In this document: positions 10,215 to 25,854 of the stretch, in pieces
Layout of the letters: every line of letters begins with the position of its first letter
Position numbering within the stretch: the stretch's first letter is position 1
Origin: Octopus vulgaris
Taxonomy: Eukaryota
Assembly (NCBI GenBank): GCA_951406725.2
Contig: OX597826.1
Span: 40,796,001 to 40,860,000 of the forward strand
DNA: 64,000 nt
Reading direction: 5' to 3'
Made by a program: the position numbers and the translations under genes
Notes under the pieces: generated by a model
Seen by the model: the letters and a program-made list of their open reading frames with translations, nothing else
What the model was told of the DNA's origin: nothing
The model's database searches: none

Positions 10215-11405
10215 TAGCAGGATTTTATTTTGAGCTTTGGTGACAACAACAAGCCTCCTCAAATTTCAAGAAACTTCCTTTGGATTCTTGCAGAATAGCG
10301 GATGGTATTTTTCTGCAGGTTGACAATGCGAGTTTCAATTCCAATTTCTTTCAGTTTTTTTAAATAGTATTTTTGGCACTCTGACAGAAATAAATATCCG
10401 TTTTAGTTTTCTACGGTCTCTTCCGCTCTCTGGACAGATCTCAGTTTTTTTCAATTTCTTTCATAGCGACTCTGCTATCATAGAGAATTACAAGATCTAT
10501 GATCTTACGCTGTTTGCATATTTTGTCCTCCTTAATCATATCTGATCTTTCTTCAATAGTATAGTCAGTCTTTATATGGAATCACAAGATCCTGTAATTT
10601 TCATCTTCTAACACAGCCTCTAGTTTGTGTTCATAGCACTTTTGTGTTATTTTGAAGTCACACATTCGACAAATACACTCTTTTACCTACACACTCGTAT
10701 ACATTTATACTTCTTTTGCAGTACATTGCAGTGACTCAAAATGTCGTTGATACTTTCGTCTGTTTTGTCCATCCTTGCCTTTATCGGTTTTGTTGTAATG
10801 GTTTGTTCCTGAGCGGCTATAATTAGCGTTTCGCTCTCCAGTTCCGCCAGCCAGAGCCAACGTTATTTATTTCCAACATTCTCGGTTGTTTGAATTGGCT
10901 GTGTAATTTCATTTCTTTTCATTTTCTTGTTCCATTGTTGCTCTTTTCCTCTTCGAATTCTTTTCCTGTTTCCAGTCAATTTTGGAGGTATCGCTGGCTG
11001 CATACAATATTCTTTCTTTATTCTGCACAGCATATTTTTTGAAACCCAGTATCACAGTACTAATGGTGTTTTCTGCATTTAGTAATCCTCTGCCACCTAC
11101 CTTTCTTAGTAGGTAGAGTTTGTTGGTATTACTTTTAGGGTGGTGAGAGCTGTACATAGTGAACAGCTTTCTAGTTCAATACAAGTTCTGTAGCTCGACT
11201 TCTGTACATTTCAGAAATGGAGCAGAGTACCTCAATCCTGATATAGCTAATGTATTTATGGCTTTAACGTTATTCCCTCCATTTAATCTTGTTTCCAACA
11301 CCCTCCTAATTCCCCTCATATATTCTTTAGTTATTTTCTCCCTCCTTTCTAGTTCCGTTATTCTATCGTCGTACACCGCTCGTATGTATATGTATCCCTC
11401 GTTAT
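10215..11405 (-). mobile_element. Second R4/Dong-type RLE LINE remnant
   Basis: LNGGNNVKAINTLAISGLRYSA, HHPKSNTNKLYLLRKVGGRGL, ESETLIIAAQEQ on minus; multiple frameshifts. Confidence 0.8.
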
Positions 11406-11408
11406 TTC

Positions 11409-11618
11409 ACAGCAGAACTGACAGGGTTGTTAGCACATAGGGCAAAATGTTTAGTAGTATTCCGCCCATCTTCATGTTCAAATTCCGCCGAAATAGACTT
11501 TCCTTTCATTCTTTCAGAGCCGATAAATTAAGTACCAGTTGAGATCTGGGGTCGATATAATCGACTAGCCCCTACCTCAAAATTTCTGGCCATGTACATA
11601 TAGTAGAAACGATTATTA
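11409..11618 (+). mobile_element. SINE family B, diverged
   Basis: gttcaaattccgccgaaatagacttt...gataaattaagtaccag...ctggggtcgatataatcgactag. Confidence 0.75.
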
Positions 11619-12188
11619 TGATTATTGTTCTTTAGACGTCATAACATCTCAGATTAATCAGACAATTGTTCAAAGGCTTCCAAATATGACTTCATTTTTG
11701 CTTCTCAGACAATGATTTCCAGGTGTACATTATACAACAACGGTAAAGTGTGAGTTGAGAAAAGTAAAGCAGCTATTTATAGCAAGATGAGCGACCACAA
11801 AATGGAAACCTCACTTATTGGCTAAAGATCATTGTCATCAACATGGGTGGCGAGTGGTCTCATTTTGCTACAGCAATGTTTGGGAAACGTATTAGAACAA
11901 GAACCACTAAGAAGGGGTGGCTAATTACAATAAATAAGGGACTGTACTGTTTTATGGTTCCTAGTTTGTCTTTATTATAAACTCGGCGACATTGCTCATA
12001 TAAACGCCAGTATTTACTGTGTACACATTATACACCAAAGTAAACTAGTTTGTCTCCAGGTACATGCGTCGCCCATTTCATATATACTTATAAATATACA
12101 TACATGTAACTATATATATATATACATACACACATATATATAATTATACACAACCATATATATATATATATATATACACATACATACA

Positions 12189-12248
<60 letters not shown>

Positions 12249-12284
12249 GATATATATATATATATATATATATATGCATATTTT

Positions 12285-12490
12285 TTTGTTTCAGTTATTT
12301 GATTGCGGCCATGCTGGAGTACCACCTTAAAGGGTTTTAGTCGAAGAAATCGATCCCAGCCTTTAGTCTTCGTAAACCTAGTACTTACTCTATCAGGCTA
12401 TTTTGCCGAACCGCTAACTTACATGGAAGTTAATACTTCAACACCGGCTATCAAGCAACGGTGGTGGGAGGAACACACAAAGATACACAC
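12285..12490 (-). mobile_element. SINE family A, 3' part
   Basis: gtttcagttatttgattgcggccatgctggagtaccacc...ttttgccgaaccgctaa. Confidence 0.75.
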
Positions 12491-12509
12491 ACATGCACGC
12501 ACGCACACA

Positions 12510-12517
<8 letters not shown>

Positions 12518-12586
<69 letters not shown>

Positions 12587-12771
12587 CATATATATATACA
12601 TATATACATATATATATATACATATATACATACATATATACATATATATATACATATATACATACATATATACATATATATATACATATATACATATATA
12701 TATACATATATATATATACATATATATATACATATATACATATATATATACATATATATATACATATATAT

Positions 12772-12828
<57 letters not shown>

Positions 12829-12911
12829 CATATATATACATATATACATATATATATACATATATACATATATATATACATATATACATATATATATACA
12901 TATATACATAT

Positions 12912-12954
<43 letters not shown>

Positions 12955-13289
12955 TATATACATATATATATATACATATATACATATATATATATACATA
13001 TATATATATACATATATATATATACATATATACATATACATATATACATATACATATATACATATATACATATATATATATATACATATATATATATACA
13101 TATATATATATACATATATATATATACATATATATATATACATATATATATATACATATATATATATACATATATATATATACATATATATATACACACA
13201 CATATATATATACATATATATATACACATATATATACACATATATATACACATATATATATACATATATATATATACATATATATATAC

Positions 13290-13370
<81 letters not shown>
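12518..13370. repeat. ~850-bp (TA)n/(TACA) compound microsatellite
   Basis: Directly visible. Confidence 0.95.
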
Positions 13371-13371
<1 letters not shown>

Positions 13372-13804
13372 CAAAAGTATATATACACAGGTGTGTGTGC
13401 GTGCGTGCGTGCGTGCATGCATGTGTGTGTGTGTGTTTTGTTTCTGTGTCTGTGTGATGCGAAGTATTTAACAATGATGAATGTCTAACTGGACTTCTAA
13501 TGTAAAGACAACTTTTATAAGCTGGGATAATCTTCCGTAAAGGGTGTTTATATAAATAAAAGTTGGTGGTATGATTGTTTAAAATAGATTTGTGTATATC
13601 TTCCTGATTTTTGTTTTGTCGAGCTGATCTACGTATATAAAACTGTGTGTGTGTTTATGAAACAATGTATGTGTCTGCGCAGGAGTATATACAGTATATA
13701 TACTTGTGTATATTTACGTTACTTGAGTAAGTCCCGTTCTGTATACGCATAAATGTGTGTCGTTTCCATCATTTATACGTTGTTATTATTATATGTAGTT
13801 TTCG

Positions 13805-13883
<79 letters not shown>

Positions 13884-14122
13884 TGTGTGTGTGTGTATGT
13901 GTACGTATATGTGCAAACATACGTGCATACACACACGCACGCACACATAGATACATGTGTGTATGTTTGTATGCATGAATGTATGAGTGTATTTATACGT
14001 GTGTTCATACATATATACATACATATATATGCATATAAATATATACATACATATATATACATATATATATATACATACATACACATATATACATTCATGC
14101 ATATATATATAAATACATACAT

Positions 14123-14189
<67 letters not shown>

Positions 14190-14449
14190 TGTATGTATGA
14201 TATGTTAGTGTACAAAAACAGAGAGAGATGTGAAGGAACAACAAACATGGTATATTAGTTTGACACTCAAGAAAGAATGAAAAAGTATTTGACGTTTTGA
14301 GCCAATGCTATTCTACAGAAAAGAAAGAGGAGAGAAAACAGGCGGAGAGAGGAAAAAAACGGGGAGAGAGAAAATCGTATCGGGAATGATTTGACGGTTG
14401 CATATATATATAACACATTTAACACACACACCGGTAATATTTCCATTCA

Positions 14450-14507
14450 CTTACTTATTTAATTTTCCTAAAATTTTCGTTGCGTCTTGCAACCTTTTCA
14501 ATAGTTC
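14450..14507 (-). ncRNA. Hammerhead-like motif with U3-A8 core (weak stem I)
   Basis: Minus: cta-TTGAAAA-g-GTTGC-aagac-GCAAC-GAAA-ATTTT-agg-AAAAT-TA-aataag. Confidence 0.35.
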
Positions 14508-14519
14508 AAATGATATCAG

Positions 14520-15120
14520 AAGCTTACAGTGAGACCTAAATTCAATATACAAGTGGGCCGAAATAAACAATATGCAGCTTAATGCTGGAAAATTTCAAGC
14601 ACAGCAATATCACCTCACGAATACAGTACATTCTACATGTACAGGACCCGAAGACACTAAAATCCCAGAGTCACAGGCAGTGAAAGACTTGGGAATCAGT
14701 ATGTGCAATGACGGATCATTTTATATGCACATTAGCAAAATGGCAGCAAAGTGCAGACAACTGGTAGGATGGATACTGAGGTCCTTAAAGACAAGAGACT
14801 AAGAAACTATGTTGACCTTGTGGAGAACCTTTGTTCTCAGCCGCCTGAACTACTGCTCCCAATTATGCTCCCAATTATGGTCACCACACAGTGCCAAACT
14901 AACAGCGGAGGTTGAAGCAGTCCAACGCCACTACACTAAAAAAATTGAAACAGCGCAGTGGATGAGCTACAGGGATAGCCACAGCTTCATCCTCTGCAGC
15001 GAAGGCGTGAGAGATATGCAATAATTATACATATGGAAAATCCTAGAAGGGCTAGTACCTAACTTTAGCATTGAGTGTTACAGAAATGCCCAAACTGGCC
15101 GCCATTGTATTGTACCAAAG
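14520..15120 (+). mobile_element. CR1/L2-group LINE RT C-terminal fragment, decayed
   Basis: NNMQLNAGKFQ, VKDLGISM, CRQLVGWILRS, NYCSQLWSPH (with a 13-nt tandem duplication), WKILEGLVPN. Confidence 0.8.
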
Positions 15121-15589
15121 GTACTATCAATAATTATCTTTATTACCCTGATATTATTAAGTATGTATAATGATTTCTGGAAATTTGTTCGAAGAAATTG
15201 CCGGCAATTTTTTGCTGCCGACAAAAAACTGCGCTTGCGCGGTGGATTTGAAAAATTATAATGTATAAGCAAGAGGCACATGCTGGATTTGCCTCGTACT
15301 TATATGTTTAATTTTGGCGTACATGTTGACGAAGACTTCGCCTAGCAAATTATTTTATTTGCTAAAAAAAAGTCTAAAACCATGGTCCAGAAAATAGATG
15401 GTAAATGTTTTTATTTTGCATTCCCTTCGAAATTTTATCCCTAATTAGTGGTTTGGACTTTAGCTGTTCCTTCTAGCGTAAGGGAGTCCTATGATGGACA
15501 CCTCTTATGTGTTTAAATGTACACTGTTTTTTATACATATATATATATATATGTATATACCTATTTGTGTATACATCTTCGTGTCTATG

Positions 15590-15798
15590 TTTTTCCGCTA
15601 GTCACTGCTTGACAACCGGTGCTAGTGTGTTTACGTTCCCTTCACATATTGTTTCTGCAAAACTAACCGATAAAATAAGTACCAGGCTCAACAAATTTAT
15701 ATACAGGTGCCGATTCATTCGACTAAAATTCTTCAAAGCGGCCCTCCACCCCACACCCTGGCATGGATGCAGTTTAATGACTGAAACAAGTAAAAGAT
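15590..15798 (+). mobile_element. SINE family A, 3' part
   Basis: gcttgacaaccggtgctagtgtgtttacgt...atgactgaaacaagtaaaaga. Confidence 0.75.
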
Positions 15799-17841
15799 GT
15801 ATGTACGTATATATGTATAAGTTGTGAAATCCAACTTATGGATTGGTGCTGAGGCAATCATTTACAGAACCAGTCATCTCTAGTTGCGTGAGTATTTGTA
15901 TGTGTTTGTTGTACGTGCATGTATGTCTCTGTGAGTTTGCCTTTCTATGTGTATGTTTGTGCATCTGTGTTTGTGTGTGTCTGTATGTGTGTGTATGTGT
16001 GTATGTGTGTGTGTGTGGACGCAGCTGAATGGTTAAGAAATTCATCGCGTAATAGGAGGTCCCAGTTTCGATGCCCCTGCAAGGCATCTTGGACAAGTGT
16101 CTTTACCATAGATTCCCACCTATCCACGAATTCGAGAATACAGAATCTGTATGGAATCCTCCTGGAAATGACCTGATCACTCTCTAATTCAAAGAACCAG
16201 CCTGACCACAAACTGGGACACGGTAATTCTACTCGAGAGTTACGGTAAATGTATACGTGTCTGTGGAATACTCAGCCACTTACAAAGTAATTCAATAAGC
16301 AAAGAACTCAGTTGATCTAACAACCAAGTAACTCATTGTCGAAACCAATGGAAATCCATCTACGTGTGTGCGCGCGCGTATTCCAATACAGATGTTTGTA
16401 TTAATCTTCCTTGTGTGTCTAACTTATACGGGCGCAAGGGCATCTGTATATTTGTTATGAGTTATTTCCCTTGATGGTGGTGAGATGGGAGGTGAGGAGA
16501 CTGCAGCAGTGATAATTAAACGTTTAAGAGCGTCTGGTTCCTTTGTAACTATTATTCTGTTAGGTTTAAAATTGCGAACATTCAAGGAAAACACATACAT
16601 TCAGAAAATCTTCTTATGATAATGGCAAGGGTTCTCTAACATCTGTCCCACTGTCTGAGACTGGTTGGCTCTTAAACCAAACGTTCTTTGAGTGTGTTTG
16701 GCAATAAAACCATTATTTGTTCCTTTCAAAGTTGTATTGCAATATTGGTGAGGTTTTTAAACAAATGAAACATTAAGTCGATGTTATAAATCTTCATAGA
16801 AAGGTGTGTGTATGTGTGTGTGTATGTGTGTATGTGTGCGTGTTTGTGTGTATGTGTGCATGTTTGTGTGTGTGTGTTTGTGTGTGTGTGCGTGTGTGTG
16901 TGTTGTGTGTATATATGTATATATATATATTCACGTACATACTTACATGCACACACACGCACACACACACACACACACACACAACATACACAGAAAGACA
17001 TATGCATAAAAACACATACACAAACGTTCATATATACAGATACATGTACACGCTCATACGAATAGCACATGCTGAAGCGTGCGCATACATATATACATAT
17101 ATACATACATATACACATACATATATACATGCATATGTTTGTGTGTGTGTGTACGCCCGTGTGTGCATATATGTATGAACTTTTACAGGTCATACTTATC
17201 CACGCGCGCTGAATCGGTTTGATTCTCAGCATTGCGAGATCAAATCCTAGAGGTCAATTTTTGTCATTCCTTCTTTTGTGGTCGATTAAATAGTACCAAA
17301 CCAGGAATGCGGATTGATGGAACTGTCAAAAAAACAGAATTTGTACCTGCACTTTGCATTGAGAGTTCAAATACCGGCTGACATACATGGATAGTAATAG
17401 ATTTAATCCCTTGCTCAATTTAACAACACCTTGGCTTACAAGCATTGGGAGCGGGTCTCAGGTTTAAGAATATCTTCCTCTCACCCTTCCTTCAGCCCTC
17501 CCACTCACAAGGCCCTATGGAGGGCCATGATCACAACCACACTACCACCACGATTAGAAGGCTAAGAGAATTGACCAGACGGAATTCGCAAATTAGTAGA
17601 CACTGAATAAGGGTGCAAAATTATCTTTACTTAAGCTCGTATGTTTCAAACAACTAGTCCCTATTTACACAATATGCTATGTATAGAGTTGTTGATGTGA
17701 TTATTGTATATAAGGGACTTTCTACAGCTGCGTGTCTCTACTTTTGTCTGTTAGCGACTGCTAGAGCTTGAACTGCACGCCTGATTGTTGGTACATGCTT
17801 AGACACATACATTCATGTATGTACGTATCTATATACACATG

Positions 17842-17891
<50 letters not shown>

Positions 17892-17894
<3 letters not shown>

Positions 17895-18024
17895 GGAGTA
17901 AACACATAAATGTGAAACAAGGTGGAAAAAGTACTCAAATACCAGGGGTAGAGTAATATGCTTTATTTAAAAGCAGCAGAAATTCAACAAAACTAGTTAC
18001 TCGGAGTTTCACGTACCCGTTCGA
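17892..18024 (-). mobile_element. PLE-like terminal fragment (partial HHR + AATAAA + ATATTACTC) between (TA)n tracts
   Basis: Minus: cga-acg-ggta-cgt-GAAA-ctc-c-gag-TA-ac...AATAAAgcATATTACTCtacc; same stem II/III as 1787-1818. Confidence 0.55.
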
Positions 18025-18037
18025 TATATATATATAT

Positions 18038-18102
<65 letters not shown>

Positions 18103-18108
18103 TGTGTT

Positions 18109-18173
<65 letters not shown>

Positions 18174-18358
18174 ACAGACATGCATACACACACGGGCATG
18201 AAAATCGCCTTTCCATTTAAGTACCTCACTACAAAACATAAACACACAAACAATATTTTACCTTTCAATGATGTACACACACGCACACACACGCACACAC
18301 ACATACACACACACACATACATATATACATATGTGCATGCATAAACACAGAAACACAC

Positions 18359-18457
<99 letters not shown>
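18359..18457. repeat. (GATA)n microsatellite
   Basis: Directly visible. Confidence 0.95.
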
Positions 18458-19355
18458 CGTTAGATCTTTGATGTTTGTGAAAGATCACCTTCATTGCAAT
18501 GGCGCCACAAGTACCTAAGTAGGTAGTACTTAAGGTGACTTCTTAGAGTCTCAGATTGGCATTTATTTATCCGTTTGGCACGAAACCATTAGCGATTCCA
18601 CTTAGTCGATATTTACGAAATAACGAAAACCTGCGCCTGGTCTTCATGAAATTTCAAAGAATGATTCTTTTGGAATTTGTGAAACACATTCATCTCTCAC
18701 CTCTTTGGCGACTGTGTTTGGTGTAATTACCATTCCAAACACTGCCAAAAGAGTTTTGGTGCTACACGTGGAAGTGTTGACGAATGTATATAATATGGTG
18801 TGTCAGCTGTTGAAGTCAGCCCGTTCGTTGTTTGTTTAAATCTTCTTCATTCAAATGTAACCCGATTGCTTACCCATACAAGTACCCGCACACATGCGTT
18901 GTATAAATGTATACGTCTGTGCAGGTTGTGCTCGTATGTGTACGGGCGTGCTCAGTTGTCATTATTTAGCCCTTAGGTAATCAAGTCGTAAAGTCCCCGA
19001 TTAAAGCCAATCCATTCATGACTATCTCCTCTTTATATATATATACATATAGATACATACATACATATACACATATATATATATATATATACATACATAT
19101 AGATATACATACATATAGATATACATGCATATATATACATATATATGTATATATGTATATATATGCATATATATACATTCATATATATATAAATACATAT
19201 GTATATATATGTATGTATATAATATATATATATATATCCATATATATATATACATATATACATATATACACACACACACAAACATATATATACATATACA
19301 TATATACATATATATATATACATATATATATATACTTATATATATATTATATATG

Positions 19356-19433
<78 letters not shown>

Positions 19434-19478
19434 TATACATACATATATATACATATATATATATATATACATATAGAA

Positions 19479-19581
<103 letters not shown>

Positions 19582-19589
19582 TAGCTACT

Positions 19590-20185
19590 CCTTATGCAGA
19601 GTTTGACCATCTCCTCTACCTACACCTTAGCACGATCATGACATCTGACAATGTTCTGAAAAGACACCGACATAGATTGCACATCCACCAAGAGCTGCAG
19701 ATAAGTTCACATCTTTGTGGATCTTAAAATGTCTATTGAGGCCTCCGTTAGATTTGCAAACCTGCTGGCATACACTGCATTCAATGGTGTGCAGAAACAT
19801 ATTGGCAGAATAGTTTGTGGAGGTTAGTTTTCCATGGGTTTGCAAATGAGATTTGAGCCCAGCAAAAGGTCATTGTTATTCACTTTCTCGATCGTAACAC
19901 TCTTCCTTAAATCTCTTTTGAGTCTTACGTGCGTTATCCTGGCCTCTTCAAATGCTTTCACTCTCCCCCCACCCCACTTTTGTTCGCCATCCAATTCGAT
20001 CCGAAGCAAGGGTTTCTATGTTCTCTGGATCCATTCCAAGTGACTTCGTAGTAGTCCTTATGCCGTCCTTAAACTTTTTTTAGGTTTACGCCGATAGCGT
20101 TTCCCCTCTGCAGTTCACCATAAAACAGCTGTTTCGGCATGCGTTCATCCGCCATTCGAACAATATGGCCGCACCATCTCATTTG
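19590..20185 (-). mobile_element. RTE-clade LINE 3' fragment with C-terminal C2H2-like finger
   Basis: RWCGHIVRMADERMPKQLF, GKRYRRKPKKKFKD, CSVCQQVCKSNGGLNRHFKIH on minus. Confidence 0.75.
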
Positions 20186-20464
20186 GTTTCTCAAAATCAT
20201 AGTTTAAGTTGAGGTGATGCCTGCAGATGCAATGACATCTGTGTGTGTGTGTGTGTGTGTGTGCGTGTGTATGCCTAATTTCAGAGAGGATTAGGCTGCT
20301 GTTTCTGGCAGAGAGAGATACCACGACCATAACTGAACTTAAAGAAGTGAAGTGGTTGTTATGAGCTTCATGCCCTTCCGATGACATGGTGGACATCAGA
20401 AGAGGCAGATAGCTTCAATTATTGAAATTTCTTTGGACAAACACAGAATATATGACCATACATG

Positions 20465-21317
20465 TACGAGGACTGATCAATAAGTATCCGGACTGTTGCT
20501 ATTGTAACGAAGCTAAAGCTCGCAGAGTAAAGCCGCAGGCAAAGTTTGACCTTGAACACTGTTGTGCATGCGCACTAAGTTTTAACATTCCAGCTCAATT
20601 CCGCTGTTTACAGCAGTGCTTGGAAGGAAGGTGAGTAGCGTGTGACCGTCGCTTTGACGATGACAGAGAACGTTGTCATGGTGATATTTGGTCAGAGACC
20701 TACGCAAAGTCGCAGAAAATGTATGGAGAGAAGTGTTTGAGCCGCACACAAGTGTACGAGAGGTTCTGACGTTTCCAAGATAGCCGAAAAAATGTCGATA
20801 TTGACGAACGTTCTGGAAGACCCGCAATCAGCAGAACTGAGAAAAACACCGCAGATGTGCGTGCAGCTGTGAGAGCAAATCGTCAAGTTACCATCCGTGA
20901 GTTATCAGAGGATGTGCAGATTAGTTATGGTTCAGTTCTATCCAGTATCACTGAAGAGTTTGATATGAGACGCGTGTCTACCAAGTTTGTCCCAAAACTG
21001 CTTTCAGCTGACCAAAAAGATACTCGAGTATCAGTTGTACAAGATTTCCTTGGTTGTGTCGAGAAAGATGAAAACTTTTTGAAAACTTTACGAAGGTCTC
21101 TGAAAAGGTATCGCCACAAGCTTTTAGCAAAATTTTATGCAGAATCTCTGCTCAACTTTCTCTGTCATGTTCAATGCGATGTTTACACGCTACACACCTT
21201 CCTTCCGAGCACTGCTGCGCTGCTGTGTCCAGCGGAAGTGAGTTAGAACGTTGAAATTTAGTGCTTTAGCTTCGTTACTATGGCAGCAGTCCGGATACTT
21301 ATTGATCAGGCCCCGTA
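20465..21317 (+). mobile_element. Non-autonomous foldback mariner derivative (two 5' ends)
   Basis: TA-flanked TIRs cgaggactgatcaataagtatccggactg / cagtccggatacttattgatcaggccccg. Transposase remnant VRANRQVTIRELSEDVQISYGSV...RRVSTKFVPKLLS. Right end is an inverted copy of the transposase 5' region (MTEKVEQR). Confidence 0.85.
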
Positions 21318-21325
21318 TATATATG

Positions 21326-21435
<110 letters not shown>

Positions 21436-21816
21436 AACATTCCAAACAACACAGACTCACACACAAGCAGACATATACATGCACACACACACACACACAC
21501 AGAAACACAAAAACACATCCGATTTTTCACAAAACCATGAGACATTTCAAATGTCAGATTTTCGAAGTTGAGAATGATGAGATCAATGCCAGATGACTTT
21601 TGTATTGTGTGTGTGTGTGTTTGCGTGTGTGTATGCGTGTGTGTGTGCAAGAGAGAGAGAGAGAGAAAGAGAGGGTTTGTTTGTGTGTTATATGAGTGTG
21701 CGTATGTACATGTATACATGAATATGTATATATAGATGTATAGCATATGTATATGTATGTAATTGTAAATAAATATATCTATAACATATATATACATATG
21801 TATGCCTATATACAAA

Positions 21817-21876
<60 letters not shown>

Positions 21877-21945
21877 TTTACATATGTGCTTATGTACATA
21901 TATGTCTGTGGTATGTTTTGTATGTTCATTTAAATTTTATTCGAC

Positions 21946-21984
<39 letters not shown>

Positions 21985-23041
21985 ACATGTAAAATACACA
22001 CACATGCACACATATACCGACACATGTATATGTGAACGTATACGAACCAGAAATCTATATTACAAGATCAATGACTGATGATATCATAGGCATACATTTA
22101 CCTCGGGATGTTTCAAACCCAGTTAACTCTAACAACAACAGTACCACCAACAAAAACAACATTACTCACACACTCCCGACACTTCATCATACAGTATTAT
22201 ATTCTTCATTTCTCCAATTGTATAGGGAAGCATTGTCAAGTTATAAATTTCATGCTTATTGATTTTACAGACCAGACAATTTTATCTTGACGAGACCAAA
22301 GACAAAAAGACGCTCAAGTTTTGTTTACCAAAGTGTCAAACAATTACTTAAGCCTTTGTTTCTTTTATTTCGTTGCATTCTACTCACTTTTTTTTTTTTT
22401 TTAAATTTTATTATGTACCATTCACCGAAATAATCGCTTCCATTTTCTCGCGAGATTTTACTTGATGCAAGGCATAGTTACAACTGTTTTTATCCAGCCA
22501 GACAAACGATGAACGTTTCGTTCTATCTAGACGGCTTGCCTACATTTTTTTTACAGGGCTGGAGAACCAGAACGACCGCCCTACCAGACACCGACCACAT
22601 CGATGGGATTCTGTTATTATTTGTTGTTGTTATTGTTGCTATGATTGCTGTCATGGTTGCCGTGACTGTTGTAGGTATTGTGCTCATTGTTGTGATTGTT
22701 GTTGCTTATATTGCTGACATAGATGTGGCTAATGATCCTACTTCTGTTGTTAGTATGTTATGAATGTGAGTGTACATAACACTGTGTATGTATGCCTGGA
22801 AGCTGTGTCCGCACGCGTGCATGTGTGTCTAAGTGTGTGTGGCGGGGGGGGGGAGGTCTGCATTCCAGTACCTAACTCATTTGTCAGGTTCCATTCCCAG
22901 AAATTTATTAGAAAGACAAGAAAAAATTTAAATAAACAAATTCAAAATATTCCTCACATGTGGAGAGTAGCAACTGCAATTTGATGTGACATAATGATGA
23001 GTGAACAAAACATTATACATATATTTTATTTATTTATATAC

Positions 23042-23174
<133 letters not shown>

Positions 23175-23362
23175 ATAAAATATACCATAATATGATAAAT
23201 ATATATATATAGGTTTGTGTGTATACATATATGTACATGCCCATATATTTATACGTAAATATATGTATATGTACACATATATGTATATATGTATATGTAC
23301 GTATATGTATACATATATATGTATATACGTGTATCTACATATATAAACATATGTATTTATAC

Positions 23363-23425
<63 letters not shown>

Positions 23426-23519
23426 CATATACATATATATATATATGTATATATATATAGTCATACATATATATATATTCATACATATATATATTCATAC
23501 ATATATATATATATATATA

Positions 23520-23557
<38 letters not shown>

Positions 23558-23613
23558 CATGCACACACATATATACACACACACACACAGATATATTCAT
23601 ATATATATATATA

Positions 23614-24142
<529 letters not shown>

Positions 24143-24225
24143 GGTCCCGGGTTGATTCGGGGTTAACCACAGTAAGTAAGGTACTCAATACATAGCAGAG
24201 TAAAATTAATTTATTATATAGAAGG

Positions 24226-24276
24226 AGCTTCTACAGGACTAGTACTGTTTCATTCAAGAGAAATCTTCAGGAAGCT
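24226..24276 (-). ncRNA. Type I hammerhead ribozyme motif (left arm)
   Basis: Reverse complement of 28162-28212. Confidence 0.65.
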
Positions 24277-24668
24277 ATTTAACAAGAATTGTATTAGCAT
24301 TTATACATTTAGGCAGGTTTAAAGGAGTGGTGGTGGGGGACTTTTTGGGGGTAGGCATAGCGCAAAATATCATACTTGGGGGAGTGGTCAAGGAGTCAGT
24401 GGTAAGTTAGATGAAAGAATAGATAAATAAAAAAATAAAAAAATAAAAAATAAAAAAATAAAAAAATAAAATAAAAAAATAAAAAAATAAAAAATATAAA
24501 AAATATATATAAAAAAATATATATATAAAATATATATATAAAAAAATATATATATAAAAAAAGGGGGGATAGAGTTATAGGTAAATAAGGAGATTCTCAC
24601 TTATACCTATACACACATGTATACGTATCTACACACACATACATACATACACATATATATACACACAC

Positions 24669-24713
<45 letters not shown>

Positions 24714-25586
24714 TACACACATACATACATATCTACATACACACATACATACACCCGCCCACATATACAAATTTATACACATGCACATGCCTATACCTGT
24801 CTACACATACACACACGTATATATGCATACACTCACTCCCATGCATGCACGCATACACACATGTATATATATATATATATATATACCACGACCACACATA
24901 CATATATACACATAAAAATATATATTCATACGCACATACACTCATGCACACACAACACACCTAGTTCCCTATATACACATATTTACACCTATATATACAT
25001 ACACCCACATACACCTATGTACACATATATATATATAAACATATACACGCATACATATATATACATGTGTGCACATACATACATACACACATATATACAT
25101 ACACATACACATACACATGTGTACCTATACATACCTACACATACACACATACATACATACAAATATACATATACATATATATATATATACAATCCAATAC
25201 AGGCCCATTCCCTAATTTTAATTTTATTATCTTCATTTATTACTTTTGTTATCTTTGATCGCTAGGGCTAAGAATCCTGGCAATGGCTGCATGTCCATTT
25301 GTCTGTCTACTAGAAGGCAAGTACTCATTCCCGCACGCACACTCATTAGCACGTACATTCACCCATTCGTACACTCATACACATACACGTACGCACGCGT
25401 TATATTCATACATACAAACATCTACATACGTTCACGTATATACACATACGTACTCGTACCTACAGATTCGTGTCTACACTTTAGGAGGCTAGTCTATACA
25501 TATACACCAATAAATATACATATATATATATATACCCGCATATACATACACACACACACATATATACTCCTACATACAGATACATA

Positions 25587-25642
<56 letters not shown>

Positions 25643-25822
25643 CATACACATACACACATACATATACACACACATACATACACATATATATACATACACA
25701 AACATATATACACACATATATATATACATACACACATACACACATACATACGTATACATACATACATACATCCATACATCCATACTTACATGCATTTATA
25801 CGCATACACACACCCATCTATA

Positions 25823-25854
<32 letters not shown>

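Noticed and set aside
12303-13474. Long 320-380 aa ORFs on both strands, and all similar YI/HT/CV-rich ORFs
   Set aside because: Translations of stop-free TA/CA microsatellites; no coding signal.
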